DNA of 63,779 nt, filler included, from Salisapilia sapeloensis CBS 127946 (taxonomy: Eukaryota; Protista; Oomycota), in assembly GCA_023334545.1 (NCBI GenBank). It is 13 parts of 13 records of this genome, joined end to end, with 100 filler letters (N's around TTAATTAATTAA, not from the genome) between each part and the next. Parts side by side here need not be neighbours in the genome. Positions count along the whole stretch, not along the records: positions 7,308 to 12,449 come from JAADVB010000637.1; positions 12,550 to 15,114 come from JAADVB010000877.1; positions 15,215 to 19,974 come from JAADVB010000652.1; positions 20,075 to 22,593 come from JAADVB010000884.1; 9 more parts are not named here. The stretch is one strand, 5' to 3'. Every line of letters starts with the position of its first letter. Position 1 is the stretch's first letter. The position numbers and the translations under genes were made by a program. The notes under the pieces are model-generated. The model was not told the origin of the DNA. It searched no databases and saw nothing but the letters and a program-made list of their open reading frames with translations. Positions 10,455 to 21,676 of this stretch are shown one piece after another.

Positions 10455-11206
10455 AGGGAGGTAGAGTCGATGCCTCGAGGTTCAGAAATGGCGATACGAG
10501 GCTGATATGTAGAATTAGCGGATGACTTAAATGTGGAGAGTGTGTTTAGTGGGAGGGTGGGGATTAGACTGAAAAGGATTTTAATGTCGAAAGAGATGGC
10601 ATTTGGATGTATGCAGGAGGTAGATGGATGTCTGGATATGCAAAGAGACATGGCTGTTGGTAGATGTGTATAAGTGTTGATGGGTTGGAGAGAAGAGATG
10701 TATTAGATGATTGAGAAGCTTAGAAGGCTCTAGGTTACCATTACTGAGTGATCGTTTAAGTAGGAAATAACTATGTTATCGGAGGTTTATCGGTAGGATG
10801 AAAATCTTTATGGTGATTGTCATCTAATTAGAAAAGCTAAGGACGGCTCCTGTATACGACGACAGGCGCTCTGCTAGGTTGTTAGCTTGCACGTCTGCTC
10901 AAATGGTTGATTGTCTCTGGACGTACCAAGCCTATAGGATCCTACTTTCAAAAGATGTATCTTGGACGCAACATTGACAACTTGGCAACGGTAGAAAAAA
11001 TGGGCTTTCTGCGTGCGACTAGCGTCCTGTCAGTAAAGAAAAGCGCTTGTTCTGGCAGTTCGCAGCTTTGACATCCAGAGCGAGCTTGTTTATGTCTCCA
11101 CCGTGTAGCTGGACGCGCTGGGTATAAGCTACAGTTTCATTCCATCCAGTTCTGATTCAATTGATCTTCTCTTTTTCATTTTACTCTTGGCTTATGTGAG
11201 TCAGAG

Positions 11207-11830
11207 TTGGTCATAGCAGAGGAGAACTGGTCTCTGGACCCAAGAAATCGAAACTCGACGTGGCGTCTGGACAAGAATAAACTCTACGTGAAGACGGGGA
11301 ACGAGTGGAAGCAGACTAAGCCTTTTCATTCAGTCTCTGATTTGTTCAGCAAGGTAGAGGTGGCTTTTGTGGGCATTCCCACTACGACTGCTTCCATCGG
11401 AGGATCTACTTAAGTCGAAAGACGGATGAAAGGCTTCAACCGTTTGTCTGTCTACGTGAAATACACCACCCTCGACTGACATATGAAGCTATTTACTAGT
11501 GGAAACCGTAGCTCTTTCTATAACTTGTTATCCTCCTCTCCTGTCCAGTCGAAACCTTCTTTCGTCCCCACAGAGCATGATGACACATAGAATACGTTGG
11601 TGCTCTTCTATCTACGCTTGCGAAAGGATACTCTGTGTAGAGACTTCCATAACGCTCTAAGGTTTTATCCAGGTGACGAGCACTGTGTGACGAGCAGGAG
11701 ATGGTCCTGGCCTATGCGTCTGTCGTCTAATGCTTTTCATGACCGTATCTTTGCCATGCTTCAAAGATACTTTCCACACGGAGGTGTAGCAGTCGAGACC
11801 GTACCTTTAATCAAGCAGTTTGGATTTTAA
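11207..11830 (+). CDS. Possible multi-exon hypothetical protein
   Basis: Two collinear ORFs with protein-like composition and a pyrimidine-rich acceptor (ccccacag) before the second; no family recognised. Confidence 0.25.
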
Positions 11831-12373
11831 TCACGACTCATGGACATTTACCAAGTATAGCTGCTTGCCAATGACTGACACACGCACGTCGATGCCTTGG
11901 CAAGCGATGCATACTCCCTAGAGATTTACAACGACATGACTTTGCGGCCATGCACAATCCTACGTCAGATCATACGACGCCCCTCTCAGACTACGTACGC
12001 TGCTATTTGACATTGCCAAAGACTAAAGCTGCATTTGCGTGCCCAAGAGTGGTATTTAAAAGGCCTTAGTCTACCAAAGCATTCCCATCTAGGTGACGGA
12101 TGGAAATCAAGTTCAATCACGTGTCTTGAAAGATGGTCATCTGCCGATCCTCCGGCTCTTGCAGGTGGTCTAGTCAGATCTTTCATCATTGACGACGAGA
12201 GACCGTGTCATGCCGGACGGTACCTCGTCGCGCGTACGTCATTGAAACTATTTTTTAGCACCTGCGATCGCATCCACGTGCGCTCAGTATATTGCCAGCA
12301 TACGCAAAGCCGAGACGACTTGAAGTCTCTCGGTATCTCATTCCGGAATCGACCACCAAGCACCTCGTTCGAC

Positions 12374-12449
12374 ATGTCCAACACGCCGCTCAAGATCGTC
12401 GTCTCCGGCGCTGCTGGGCAGATTGCCTACTCCCTCCTCCCCTTGAGTG
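12374..12449 (+). CDS. MDH1: N-terminus of cytosolic-type malate dehydrogenase (3' truncated)
   Basis: MSNTPLKIVVSGAAGQIAYSLLPL contains the MDH class-2 Rossmann motif GAAGQIAYSL. Confidence 0.9.
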
Positions 12450-12549
12450 NNNNNNNNNNNNNNNNNNNNNNNNNNNNNNNNNNNNNNNNNNNNTTAATTA
12501 ATTAANNNNNNNNNNNNNNNNNNNNNNNNNNNNNNNNNNNNNNNNNNNN

Positions 12550-12690
12550 AGCGGTGGGCGTGGCCATTGATCAAAGTCCTTCTATAGCTATTCTGCATTG
12601 TGTAAGACTCCCATGTGAAACAAATAGATAACGTTCGACTATGCGTAGAAGAAATATAGTCTTAGAGAACTCATATGAAGCAAATATCAG
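12550..12690. repeat. Exact 141-bp inverted terminal repeat, left copy (partner 14974-15114)
   Basis: agcggtgggcg...caaatatcag is the exact reverse complement of 14974-15114; identity stops at 141 bp. Confidence 0.97.
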
Positions 12691-14973
12691 AAAAGCTTTA
12701 TAGTGGTAAATATTTAGTATGGTTTTATTTAATGTTACATTAAAAAGAAACTAAGAAAGAGTATTATCTCAAACGATTTAAATATGATGACAAACAAATA
12801 TAAGCATAATATTAGTATAAAGTTTGTGAAAAACCTTTTTTTTAGTATATATAAGACCTACAAGTACAGGTGTGTGATTGCATAAATTATCGTTTCGTAT
12901 ACATAGTACATGAATTTCCAGAAATAATAATATGCTTTTAAAAATAATATATAGAATTTGAAATAAACGAAGAGAGAAATTCGAATGGTGTATTTATTTT
13001 TTTTCCAATACTAAACAGTTCTAAATGTATTGTATATACAAATACGAAGTAGCAAACAGTATCATACAAAATAAAAACTATAGCACAGAACACTTAGATC
13101 ACAACTTGAACATAGTGCTTTAGCAAACATTAAATTTAAACTAATATTAAAGCTTGATAGAACGTTCTGCTTGCACTCATGCAAATATATGTTTGCTGTA
13201 AGTCGTACTAACTACTTACAATTGTAAAAACTTTTTTTAGTTCATAGTCTATTAAAAGACAATTTATAAATAACCAAACTCAATATCTATTTTATCAAAA
13301 GTTACAATGTTTTTTACGACAATTTTATTTGCTATAAAAGTTCTAGCTTAACAAAAGAAAAACGACAGCTCTAAACGTAGTAAACATACAAACATGTAAA
13401 CAATGCTATATTAATAAATATTTAAAAATCAAAAAACCACCAAGAAAAAATACACAATTGAGTTAAACTTTAACGTATAAAAAGCTTTGTTAATATAAAT
13501 AGAAATACACATTTTATATTTGTATTAAAGTGAATTGTATGTAGAGTTTTACTAATTTAATTGCATGTTTTATAAGAAATGAAATTACGTATAAATTAAC
13601 GCTATTTCTTATAAGAAACAAAAAACAAACAACTGAAAATACATTGTGTAAATATATGATAAAAATTATGTGTATATTTGTATAAAGCATTATGTTAGAA
13701 AGTTTTTACAACGTTATGATAGGCATTTTTTTTTACTTTAAATAGAATCTTTAGAATTTATTAAGAGATCAAACCTATTTACACACGTGCAATTTGTAAA
13801 CAATGTACATGAGATCAAATATTAAATTCACATTATTTATGGCAAACTAATACTGTTAGTTATAACAAAATTTATTTTTATATACAAGTAGTTTAGTTTT
13901 ATAAATGGTCTTAAATTGTACAATATTTTTTTTGTTTTTGTATGTACATTGTTTCTTTTTAAAACAGTCATATAAACTTCAAGTTTATTTATATTAATGC
14001 AGTATAATATGCAGACAAGAACTTTTAAAAGAGTTTTGGTGCATCAAATATATGAACATTTATTGCAATTTGACATGTTGCTTTTTCATCAAAACGTGTA
14101 ATTATTCATAACAAATTTCAGACTTATATGGGTATAAAATGGTCAACTGACATGCCACAACATGTTTAAGAGGGCAAATCGTTCATTGTCTTATTAGTTG
14201 CATAAATTTGTTTATATGAAGATAAATATGTATCCCAAAAAATTTTTATGCCTTATAATGTAAAGCATTTCGAAAACATTTGTAAAATGTTATTATTTTT
14301 ATAGTTTTTTATGTGAATTGTTCTAAAACTAGTATGTGTACAGTTATAAATAAGAAATATTTGTTATCTACTTGTTTTTGCATAAAATTGATTTTACGTA
14401 TTTTATTTTTGTGCATAAATATAAATGAAGTTTTTAAAGGACAATTTGCTTAGTTAAAATTAATTGATCTTTTTTTTGCCTTTGTCTTCTCACAATTGCG
14501 AACTCAATTTATGCTCTTAAATTTAGCTGATAAAACATATTTTAAACAAATTTCAAACGTATTCGTAAATGTCAACTGAAGAACTTTTTTTCATTATTAA
14601 ATATAGTTTCGTCTTATATATTTTGAAACACACAAGCTTCTTTAATTTTGATATAAAAAATTATAAGCAGTTTTAATCAAATGAAGTATACAGGCAGACA
14701 CTTGCTAACGTTAAATATTGTATGTAATTTTATGCTTTTTATAAATTATATGTTTTATTAAGTTACGTTGCACTTCAACAAGAATCATAATCTTTAGTTT
14801 ATTTTGTTTATATATTTTTGTTAATCAGTACTGTGTTTAAAGATTTTTAACATTGGGTTTTGTTTTGACATTACTTTTTTTAAATTTTAACAATATTAAA
14901 AATATGCAATGATATTTAACAATTTTCGTCACTTTGAATTTATATCGATGTTTTGCTCTAATAAGAATATTTC
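12691..14973. other. Very AT-rich non-coding core
   Basis: About 22% GC in a hand-counted 150-nt sample versus roughly 50% in coding regions; no ORF of 60 aa or more in the track; no tRNA or rRNA seen. Confidence 0.9.
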
Positions 14974-15114
14974 CTGATATTTGCTTCATATGAGTTCTCT
15001 AAGACTATATTTCTTCTACGCATAGTCGAACGTTATCTATTTGTTTCACATGGGAGTCTTACACAATGCAGAATAGCTATAGAAGGACTTTGATCAATGG
15101 CCACGCCCACCGCT
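14974..15114. repeat. Exact 141-bp inverted terminal repeat, right copy (partner 12550-12690)
   Basis: Direct sequence comparison. Confidence 0.97.
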
Positions 15115-15214
15115 NNNNNNNNNNNNNNNNNNNNNNNNNNNNNNNNNNNNNNNNNNNNTTAATTAATTAANNNNNNNNNNNNNNNNNNNNNNNNNNNNNN
15201 NNNNNNNNNNNNNN

Positions 15215-17727
15215 TTACCGCTGGTGATTTGCTCTAGCTTTTGCTTTCGTAATCGGTCGAGTCGGTGCATTCGCTTCTCCATCTTCGCTTTTAAAGTCTC
15301 GTCACCCGTAGTCGACGTTGATGTTTCAATGGTAAAGAAAGAGTGCTTGCTGAGTTCCTCCTTTGTGCCTCTATATCCTTCGTTTGAAGGTACATTTGTA
15401 GCTTCGGTAGGTATCGTTTCCATGACTGTTTCTGGCTGTATGCTAGTTCGGTGTTGGGTTTGTGGACGAGTTCGAATCGGTATTTGATCAGTGCCATCAA
15501 ATGGTGTTCTGTCCGTTTCTGAGTCACCGATCGAGTTTCTAGTACCCTTTGCTCTTAAGCTTGTGGAGTCAACTTCATTGCTTTCGGATTTAGAAACTAC
15601 GCTCGCTTGATCACTCTCACCTCGACTGGAGTCAGGGATCGCAGCAATATTCACCAAAATTGGTACATCTTCGTCAGAACTGCACGATGCCGATCTTGCT
15701 GGATCTTGCTCAGCATCGCCACTGTTAACACCAGTAGCGCTTACGTTTGCTATGCTCGGTACTTCTTGCAAAGGCACATGCAAGATTGTGTTCCCTGGTA
15801 CTTCTTCGAGCTCTCCCGGCGTTTGACCTGCTTCTGTGGGGTTGGACCTAGATGCTTTCTTTGTGTCACTGGTACTCATTAGGATCTCGGTGCTATTCGC
15901 ATCATCCATCTCCGGGCATGATAGCGCAGCAGATGCCTTTTCAATCACGTTCTCTTCACTTTGTTCTGTGCCATGCAGTGCTACAGGGGATAATACCGCT
16001 CGGCAATCTCTTTGATTTGAGCTCGGCATGAACGGTCTCCGAGCCATACCTTCTCCGGCTAAAGTCCGAGCCTGGTATTCAAATTCCCACCAGACCTGTC
16101 TCCCGCGTCTGCCCTTGTAGATGTCCATCATGGATTTCTTCGGAGCTTGCACCTGTACATCTTCGCCAATAGCCTGACAACGAGGCGGCTCGGAGTCTTT
16201 TTGCGATGAAGAAAGAGTCTTGTTGTTGGGCAAAGACTGTTCAACGTCTTCTTTTTGCTTTTTATCTTCAGACGAATTGTTCACGTCCTCCGGAACCACG
16301 TCTTTACCATCTTGGTTTGATGGGAAGGCGAAAATTGACTGAGGCTTCTCTACTCTTGCTATAGGTTCGTCGGTCTCGACAGGATTCGTAGTAGTGTTAC
16401 TTTCCCCTGAGACGCTATCTGCGTCAGCAAGCTGTTCCGAGCCACAAGTAGGCTCGGCAGCTTCCTCTTGGCTGACAGCATCGTCGACTTTCTCAGGTAC
16501 TTGCTCTAATGGAGGCAGCGGTGGAAGCTGAAGACAGTTACCGTCCATGCTTACGATCATAGCTTTCGGCAGTCGGAAAGGAGACGGCAATGACATGGAT
16601 TTGGAAATAAACTCGCGCCGGGTGCGATGGGAGGGCGGAAGACTTTGAGGACTGACCTGGGCTTTACTTTGATGGTCTTCTCGGCGTTTATTTAAGGTGG
16701 CATCATCTGCTGCATTCGTGGTCGGTGACAGATTCAAAATAAATGTATCATCGGTTCTCGCCCTCTTCCCATGCGAGAGTTTCACTCCATTTCCTTTTGT
16801 AGTCGGTATATCGTTCTGCTGAGCAAATGCAAAGATGCTTGCTGCTCTGTCGTCTGAAGTGTCTTTGTATGTTGCCACTGCTTTGCGTTCTCGATTGTAA
16901 CGTGCATTTCCTTTCACCTGATCTGGTACTTGCGCAAGTTGCTGCGGAATGAGCGAGTCTTCGTTCACCGGCTCATCCTTGAATGCCTCGTCACGAATTT
17001 CATCCCATGATATCTTGAACTGATCGTCTGAAGGTATCTCTGTATCTGCTATCGGTGCCTTGGGTGTTATACTTTGTAGTGCAAACTTCCAGTCACTTTG
17101 CTCTGATGGCACCTCTGCGGTAATCTTCTTCGCTAGCTCTTCTGTGCTTTTCAGCACTTTGACTCGACTAGGAGGGATGTAAAGGATCCACTTTGTCCTA
17201 CTTGGATCGCTCGTTGGGAAAGCGACGAGTACCATGATCTCGTGCCTTCCACTTGATGCATCTCGGAGCGTGCATAGACAACACCAACGTTCATCTCCTC
17301 CACGTCGACCCTGTATTCTTTCGATAGCGAGTGACATATTTTCGCTGCTGTAGTCCTCGGACCCGATGGATTGCTGGCTCTGATTCTGCCCCGATGTGGT
17401 ATCCGTGGCATCGACGAACAACGGATTGTACTCTGCGTGATCTCTGTATTTCCGCTGAAACTCGTCTACGAATGACAGCAAATCTTTGTACGGATTGGGC
17501 CATCGGTCATAGCTGTGTGACTGAACTAGTGAATGCGCTTTGACGACGAAAGAAGCGAGCACATTTCTACTACAGATCTCAGAACTGGACAGTGACGAGT
17601 GGAGAACTTGAGATGTGAACGCCAGGCAAGACGCCGCTTTGGCTATGGTCTGTCTGTCAGTCATTGGAGCTTGAAAAGCCCTCGTAACGTATTCTCTGGC
17701 GAATGAAAATAGATATAAAACTAACAC
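15215..17727 (-). CDS. Large hypothetical protein: helical N-terminal domain plus long S/E/D/P-rich disordered region (true start uncertain, 3' truncated)
   Basis: Uninterrupted ORF of more than 830 codons running to the contig edge; no family recognised. Confidence 0.7.
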
Positions 17728-17910
17728 TGGATATTAGTGATCGATACTTTGGTTTCCGCAGACATAACGCAATATACCACAAACTTATGATAATATTAAT
17801 AATACCAATACTAATTAAACTAACGCGGTTCCTTATGCATAACGTCGTTTGGTGGATGTGTGCAAGACGATATATTCTCAACCTTTACGATGGATTGATC
17901 CAAGATCGCT

Positions 17911-19974
17911 CTAGGCAGTCAATGCCACGTCTGCTGTCGTCCAGTTAAACTCGACGAGTTGCTGCAGCTGCATGCCTTCATCTTCCGTCAGCGGCCAGCG
18001 CATGAACACCCCCGGCTTTCCCCACGGAGTGTCCACTTGAACCGTGTCGCCTGGCTGGTACATCTCGCCAGTCCACAAGTGCTTGTACATGACGTCGTCT
18101 GCAACCGCACTGCCGTTGCTGCTGATTTCGATCGGAGGGAGATACACTTCTAAAGACGTAGCTGCCATATCGTAGACTGGCGCAACGAAGAGTGCCTCGC
18201 CCATCCAGAAAGTTTCGTCGATGATACTTCGAGCTTGCTCGTCCTCTGGGGCGTACACAATCGGGTGGCGGACCATCGGCCATCCCTTCTCCTGATAGTC
18301 TCCCAACAAGGCTTTGCGGTAAGGCTTCAGAGCTCTGAACAACTGAGCATTGTAGGCGTGATACGCGACCGTCGAGTCGTTCGTGTACGCCTGAGCGTTG
18401 ACACTCGGGATGTTGCCTTCGTGCGTCCTGAACGCAGCACCAGAGAAGGCGCCCATCTCCCCCCACCGACCGAGCAGAGCAGCGCTGCGCGTGATGTTAA
18501 AGTCGGGAGCAAGCGTGTTGGTGTACCCGCCAATGTCCGAGTGTGCCTGCGCCCAGCCAGAGGACCCGGCGTGGAAGGTGCTGCTGATGACTGCACGCAT
18601 GCCATCTTCACGACTTTCATCAATGTTCTGGTCACCGACCCAGAAAAGATTCTGGTGCTTGGCGGAGAACGTGGCAGCACTACGGTGGAAGCCGACGGTC
18701 TCGTCCTGGATTTCGAGCTCCTCGGTCACTTCACGCAATATCTGAGCCCATACAGCGGGGTAGGCATTGTGGAATTGACGAGGGTTCACTTGACCCGATG
18801 ATATACGAATCGTATCGTCTACTACAAGATATTCGCCAAAATCTTGCATAGCTCCAGAGATCGGGACGCTGTAGAACTGCTCTTTAACAAGCTCTTTGAA
18901 CCAGTCAATGGTAGTCTGGTTGGAGATGTCAAGCAAGCCAGCGTCGATACCCGGACCACTCGTGATCGTCCATGCACTGCCATCGTTCGCCGTCGCGTTT
19001 TCAGCAAACCTTCCTTCTTCCAACGCCATCTTGTAAAAGTTGGTTCGATAGCCAGTGTCCTTGTTGGACACGTTGGCAAGGAACGTGTTGACATAGCTCA
19101 TCGTACGGACGCCATAGGTGCTTTGGAGGTGCGGCACCCAGTCAGCCCAAGTCGGGTACAGCGTCTCATCGTTCTCCCAGTTCCACCACAGACGCTTCAG
19201 GTCGATGCCATACAGCCCTTCTTGCAGACGTGTGCCGCACCAGTCTTGCAGCCACACGCTTACCAGTGGCATGCTCGAGTTAAGTGCGTCTTGAATGATA
19301 CCCTCCACTTTCTCCTGCCCGCCTTGGATACCAAGGACAGCTCCATCGTGGATCCAGTCCGGCAGCTCCGGCTGACGTCCGGTCACTTCCGTCAGCGCTC
19401 CAGAAGCATCCAGCATTTTGTTCCCAGCAGCCTCAACTCCGAGCGAGCCACCTACAGACGTGCCTTCGTACATGATCTCGACTGTCGAGGAAGACGAGTC
19501 TGCATAGTCGCCTTCGTGGATTTCTCCATCGAGGTATGCCTCGATCGTATCTCGGAACGGATCAGAGCTCGAGTTACTTGCCAAGTCGAAGAGAGCATAC
19601 ATCGTGCCGTCAAGTACGATCCAGCGCCCGAGCGACGAGACCATCGACGCGATGGCAGTGTATGTCGTTCGGAGCGAGCCACCAGCGTAAGCACCAGAGA
19701 TGGACGCGTTCGAGTTCAGATACGTTGTTACCGGCTCTTTGCCACGACCGACGCCACCCTCTCGGGTCCAAATAGGGATCTTCCACCCGCGCAAGTTACC
19801 AATTCCGGTCTGTTCGCCCAATCCGAAAAAGGCTTCTTCTTGCGGAGACTTGTAAGCGATGTGGACGTTGTCTACGCCATCACCATTCACGCTGGCAAAG
19901 AACTTGAGCGCACCCTCTGCATCCGAAGAGAAGTTGAGCGTCCAGGTCCAGGAAGCACAGGATTCGTCGCTAAA
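17911..19974 (-). CDS. Glycoside hydrolase family 31, YihQ/sulfoquinovosidase-like (5' truncated)
   Basis: Nucleophile motif MQDFGEYL, acid/base motif WVGDQN, plus GIQGG, WLQDW, KRLWWNW, HSDIGGYT and FRTHEGN as in YihQ-type enzymes. The frame is open to the contig edge at 19974. Confidence 0.9.
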   Translation of the reverse strand, partial: FSDESCASWTWTLNFSSDAEGALKFFASVNGDGVDNVHIAYKSPQEEAFFGLGEQTGIGNLRGWKIPIWTREGGVGRGKEPVTTYLNSNASISGAYAGGSLRTTYTAIASMVSSLGRWIVLDGTMYALFDLASNSSSDPFRDTIEAYLDGEIHEGDYADSSSSTVEIMYEGTSVGGSLGVEAAGNKMLDASGALTEVTGRQPELPDWIHDGAVLGIQGGQEKVEGIIQDALNSSMPLVSVWLQDWCGTRLQEGLYGIDLKRLWWNWENDETLYPTWADWVPHLQSTYGVRTMSYVNTFLANVSNKDTGYRTNFYKMALEEGRFAENATANDGSAWTITSGPGIDAGLLDISNQTTIDWFKELVKEQFYSVPISGAMQDFGEYLVVDDTIRISSGQVNPRQFHNAYPAVWAQILREVTEELEIQDETVGFHRSAATFSAKHQNLFWVGDQNIDESREDGMRAVISSTFHAGSSGWAQAHSDIGGYTNTLAPDFNITRSAALLGRWGEMGAFSGAAFRTHEGNIPSVNAQAYTNDSTVAYHAYNAQLFRALKPYRKALLGDYQEKGWPMVRHPIVYAPEDEQARSIIDETFWMGEALFVAPVYDMAATSLEVYLPPIEISSNGSAVADDVMYKHLWTGEMYQPGDTVQVDTPWGKPGVFMRWPLTEDEGMQLQQLVEFNWTTADVALTA

Positions 19975-20334
19975 NNNNNNNNNNNNNNNNNNNNNNNNNN
20001 NNNNNNNNNNNNNNNNNNTTAATTAATTAANNNNNNNNNNNNNNNNNNNNNNNNNNNNNNNNNNNNNNNNNNNNGAGGTTTCCGCCTGCGCATCGTTCAT
20101 CAGGAAGGTATGACGGAAAAAAAAGAATACTATTCAGCGAAGCACTAGCTCTATAGTTTCAAGTTGACAGCCTCGACATTGCACGCAATCAACCAGTATC
20201 TTCGGATAGAATGCGCGTCGGAAACTACTTCAGCATGATTTCTACGTCGTGGAATGTAATGGCTCTGACATACAAGTGGAATGAGAAAAAATATGATACG
20301 AGTAGTCATTTTTGCATTGCACTGACAAGCTTCC

Positions 20335-20639
20335 AGATCAAGACGAACCCGCTGCGAGCTAGCGCTGACATTGAAAGCTATGAGCGACTGATGTCGGTAT
20401 ACTTATTGGTGGGCATCAAAGCCCAAAACAGAAAGAAACGGACCCGAAGCCGATGTCGGACGCGTCGCAACGTTTGTGTGCGCCATGCGACATTATTCTA
20501 TCAGAACGCTGAAAGCTCTCCACCTAGCTCCGTCAGTCAATCAAGCACCAACTTCCATTTTGATGGTGCGCCTGAAGAAGACGGGATGACTAGCGAAGCC
20601 TACATGGAAAGGTGTCAAGCTTATGGACAAGAGCATTGA
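20335..20639 (+). CDS. Possible 3' exons of a gene cut by the contig start
   Basis: Coding-like segment (IKTNPLRASADIESYERLMS...) with candidate GT-AG intron; no family recognised. Confidence 0.2.
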
Positions 20640-21603
20640 CGAGAAGAGATAGAAAGTAAATATGTTACGTGATACAAAGTCTCGTTGTAGTTGAATTCAA
20701 GTACTATATGCTCACTGTATAGTGAATAGAGTTCAGAGTCAGAGTTAAAAGCATTTCAATTTAAAGTTACATTTGCATCCTTTCCCCTTAAGCATCTTCC
20801 GTGTAGCTAGATTGGATTATACTTCATCTTGCGCTTAGCAAAACTATTTAAATACCAACTAATACCACACTAAACAAATCTCCAACCTAGAAACGTTTAT
20901 GGGGGTATTGGGTAGCTATCTCAGATCTTCATGATACCGTGCCACCCTTGAGCGTGTAAATGAAGTGGTTGGAAAGGATAAGCTTTGAAAATGGCTCGTT
21001 TTGGGTCAACCAACTCAGAAGTAAATATATTTTTGTAATTCTATTCTTCCTCATTGTGCTAGCCATATACAACTAAATATTGTACAACTATTGTGAAGAA
21101 TAAATGCTACTGGCGTGCTATCTTCTGCTCGCTAAGAAGTTGAAGTTTGTACCATCAGATCAGATCAGGCTTGACTATCATGCAGTCATTCAATTGTATC
21201 TTTCTGAAATTGGTATCTTTTCTCTGTTGCATGTAATAGCGTCTATATGATATAACGATGCAGCTGCTTTATCGTAACAAGACTCTGTTCAAGCACATAT
21301 AAAGTCACCGTTCTTTACATATAGCATTATAATTACGGAACGAGATTATATTTCGTGTTTCGGATACCAATTCTCTAAAATACATTTTTATTTCCAGTGC
21401 TCTCCTTTTCAAAATATCTCTGTTGTCTCCAGGTACGCAACGTTTTAGTATGTGATCAACTAGAGTAGAATGTCTTTCTTGTACTTCAAATTATGAGTTT
21501 TGGGAATTGAGCTCTTTTGGACTCTCCGGATAATTTAAATCACAGCAGTATACAGGATACGTAAAATGATCAAAATTGTTCATTGTGAAGCTCTATAAAA
21601 GGA

Positions 21604-21676
21604 CTCTCCCAGCTGGGCTTGAACCAGCGACCTTATGATTAACAGTCATACGCTCTACCAACTGAGCTATAGGAGA
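21604..21676 (-). tRNA. tRNA-Asn (GTT)
   Basis: Minus strand folds as a cloverleaf: acceptor tctccta/tgggaga, D stem gctc/gagc, anticodon stem tatga-ctGTTaa-tcata, T arm gctgg-ttcaagc-ccagc, discriminator G, no encoded CCA. Confidence 0.97.

Noticed and set aside
7310-12449. Apparent gene clusters spanning linkers (e.g. GH31 with GH81, MDH next to the AT-rich island)
   Set aside because: They lie on different contigs; adjacency in this window carries no biological information.
12035-12505. ORFs running into N linkers (also 4827-5015, 29777-29968, 56606-56821, 59225-59608)
   Set aside because: Boundaries are artefacts of the linker; only the recognisable internal parts were annotated.
12691-14973. 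AT-rich contig as mitochondrial small single-copy region between the oomycete mtDNA inverted repeats
   Set aside because: Oomycete mtDNA is gene-dense, whereas this has no ORF of 60 aa or more and no tRNA or rRNA. Read depth would settle it.
18844-20022. Long antisense ORFs (also 2282-2986, 8480-9190, 23249-23773, 32455-33063, 37293-37883)
   Set aside because: Shadows of GC-rich real genes on the opposite strand; no independent motifs.
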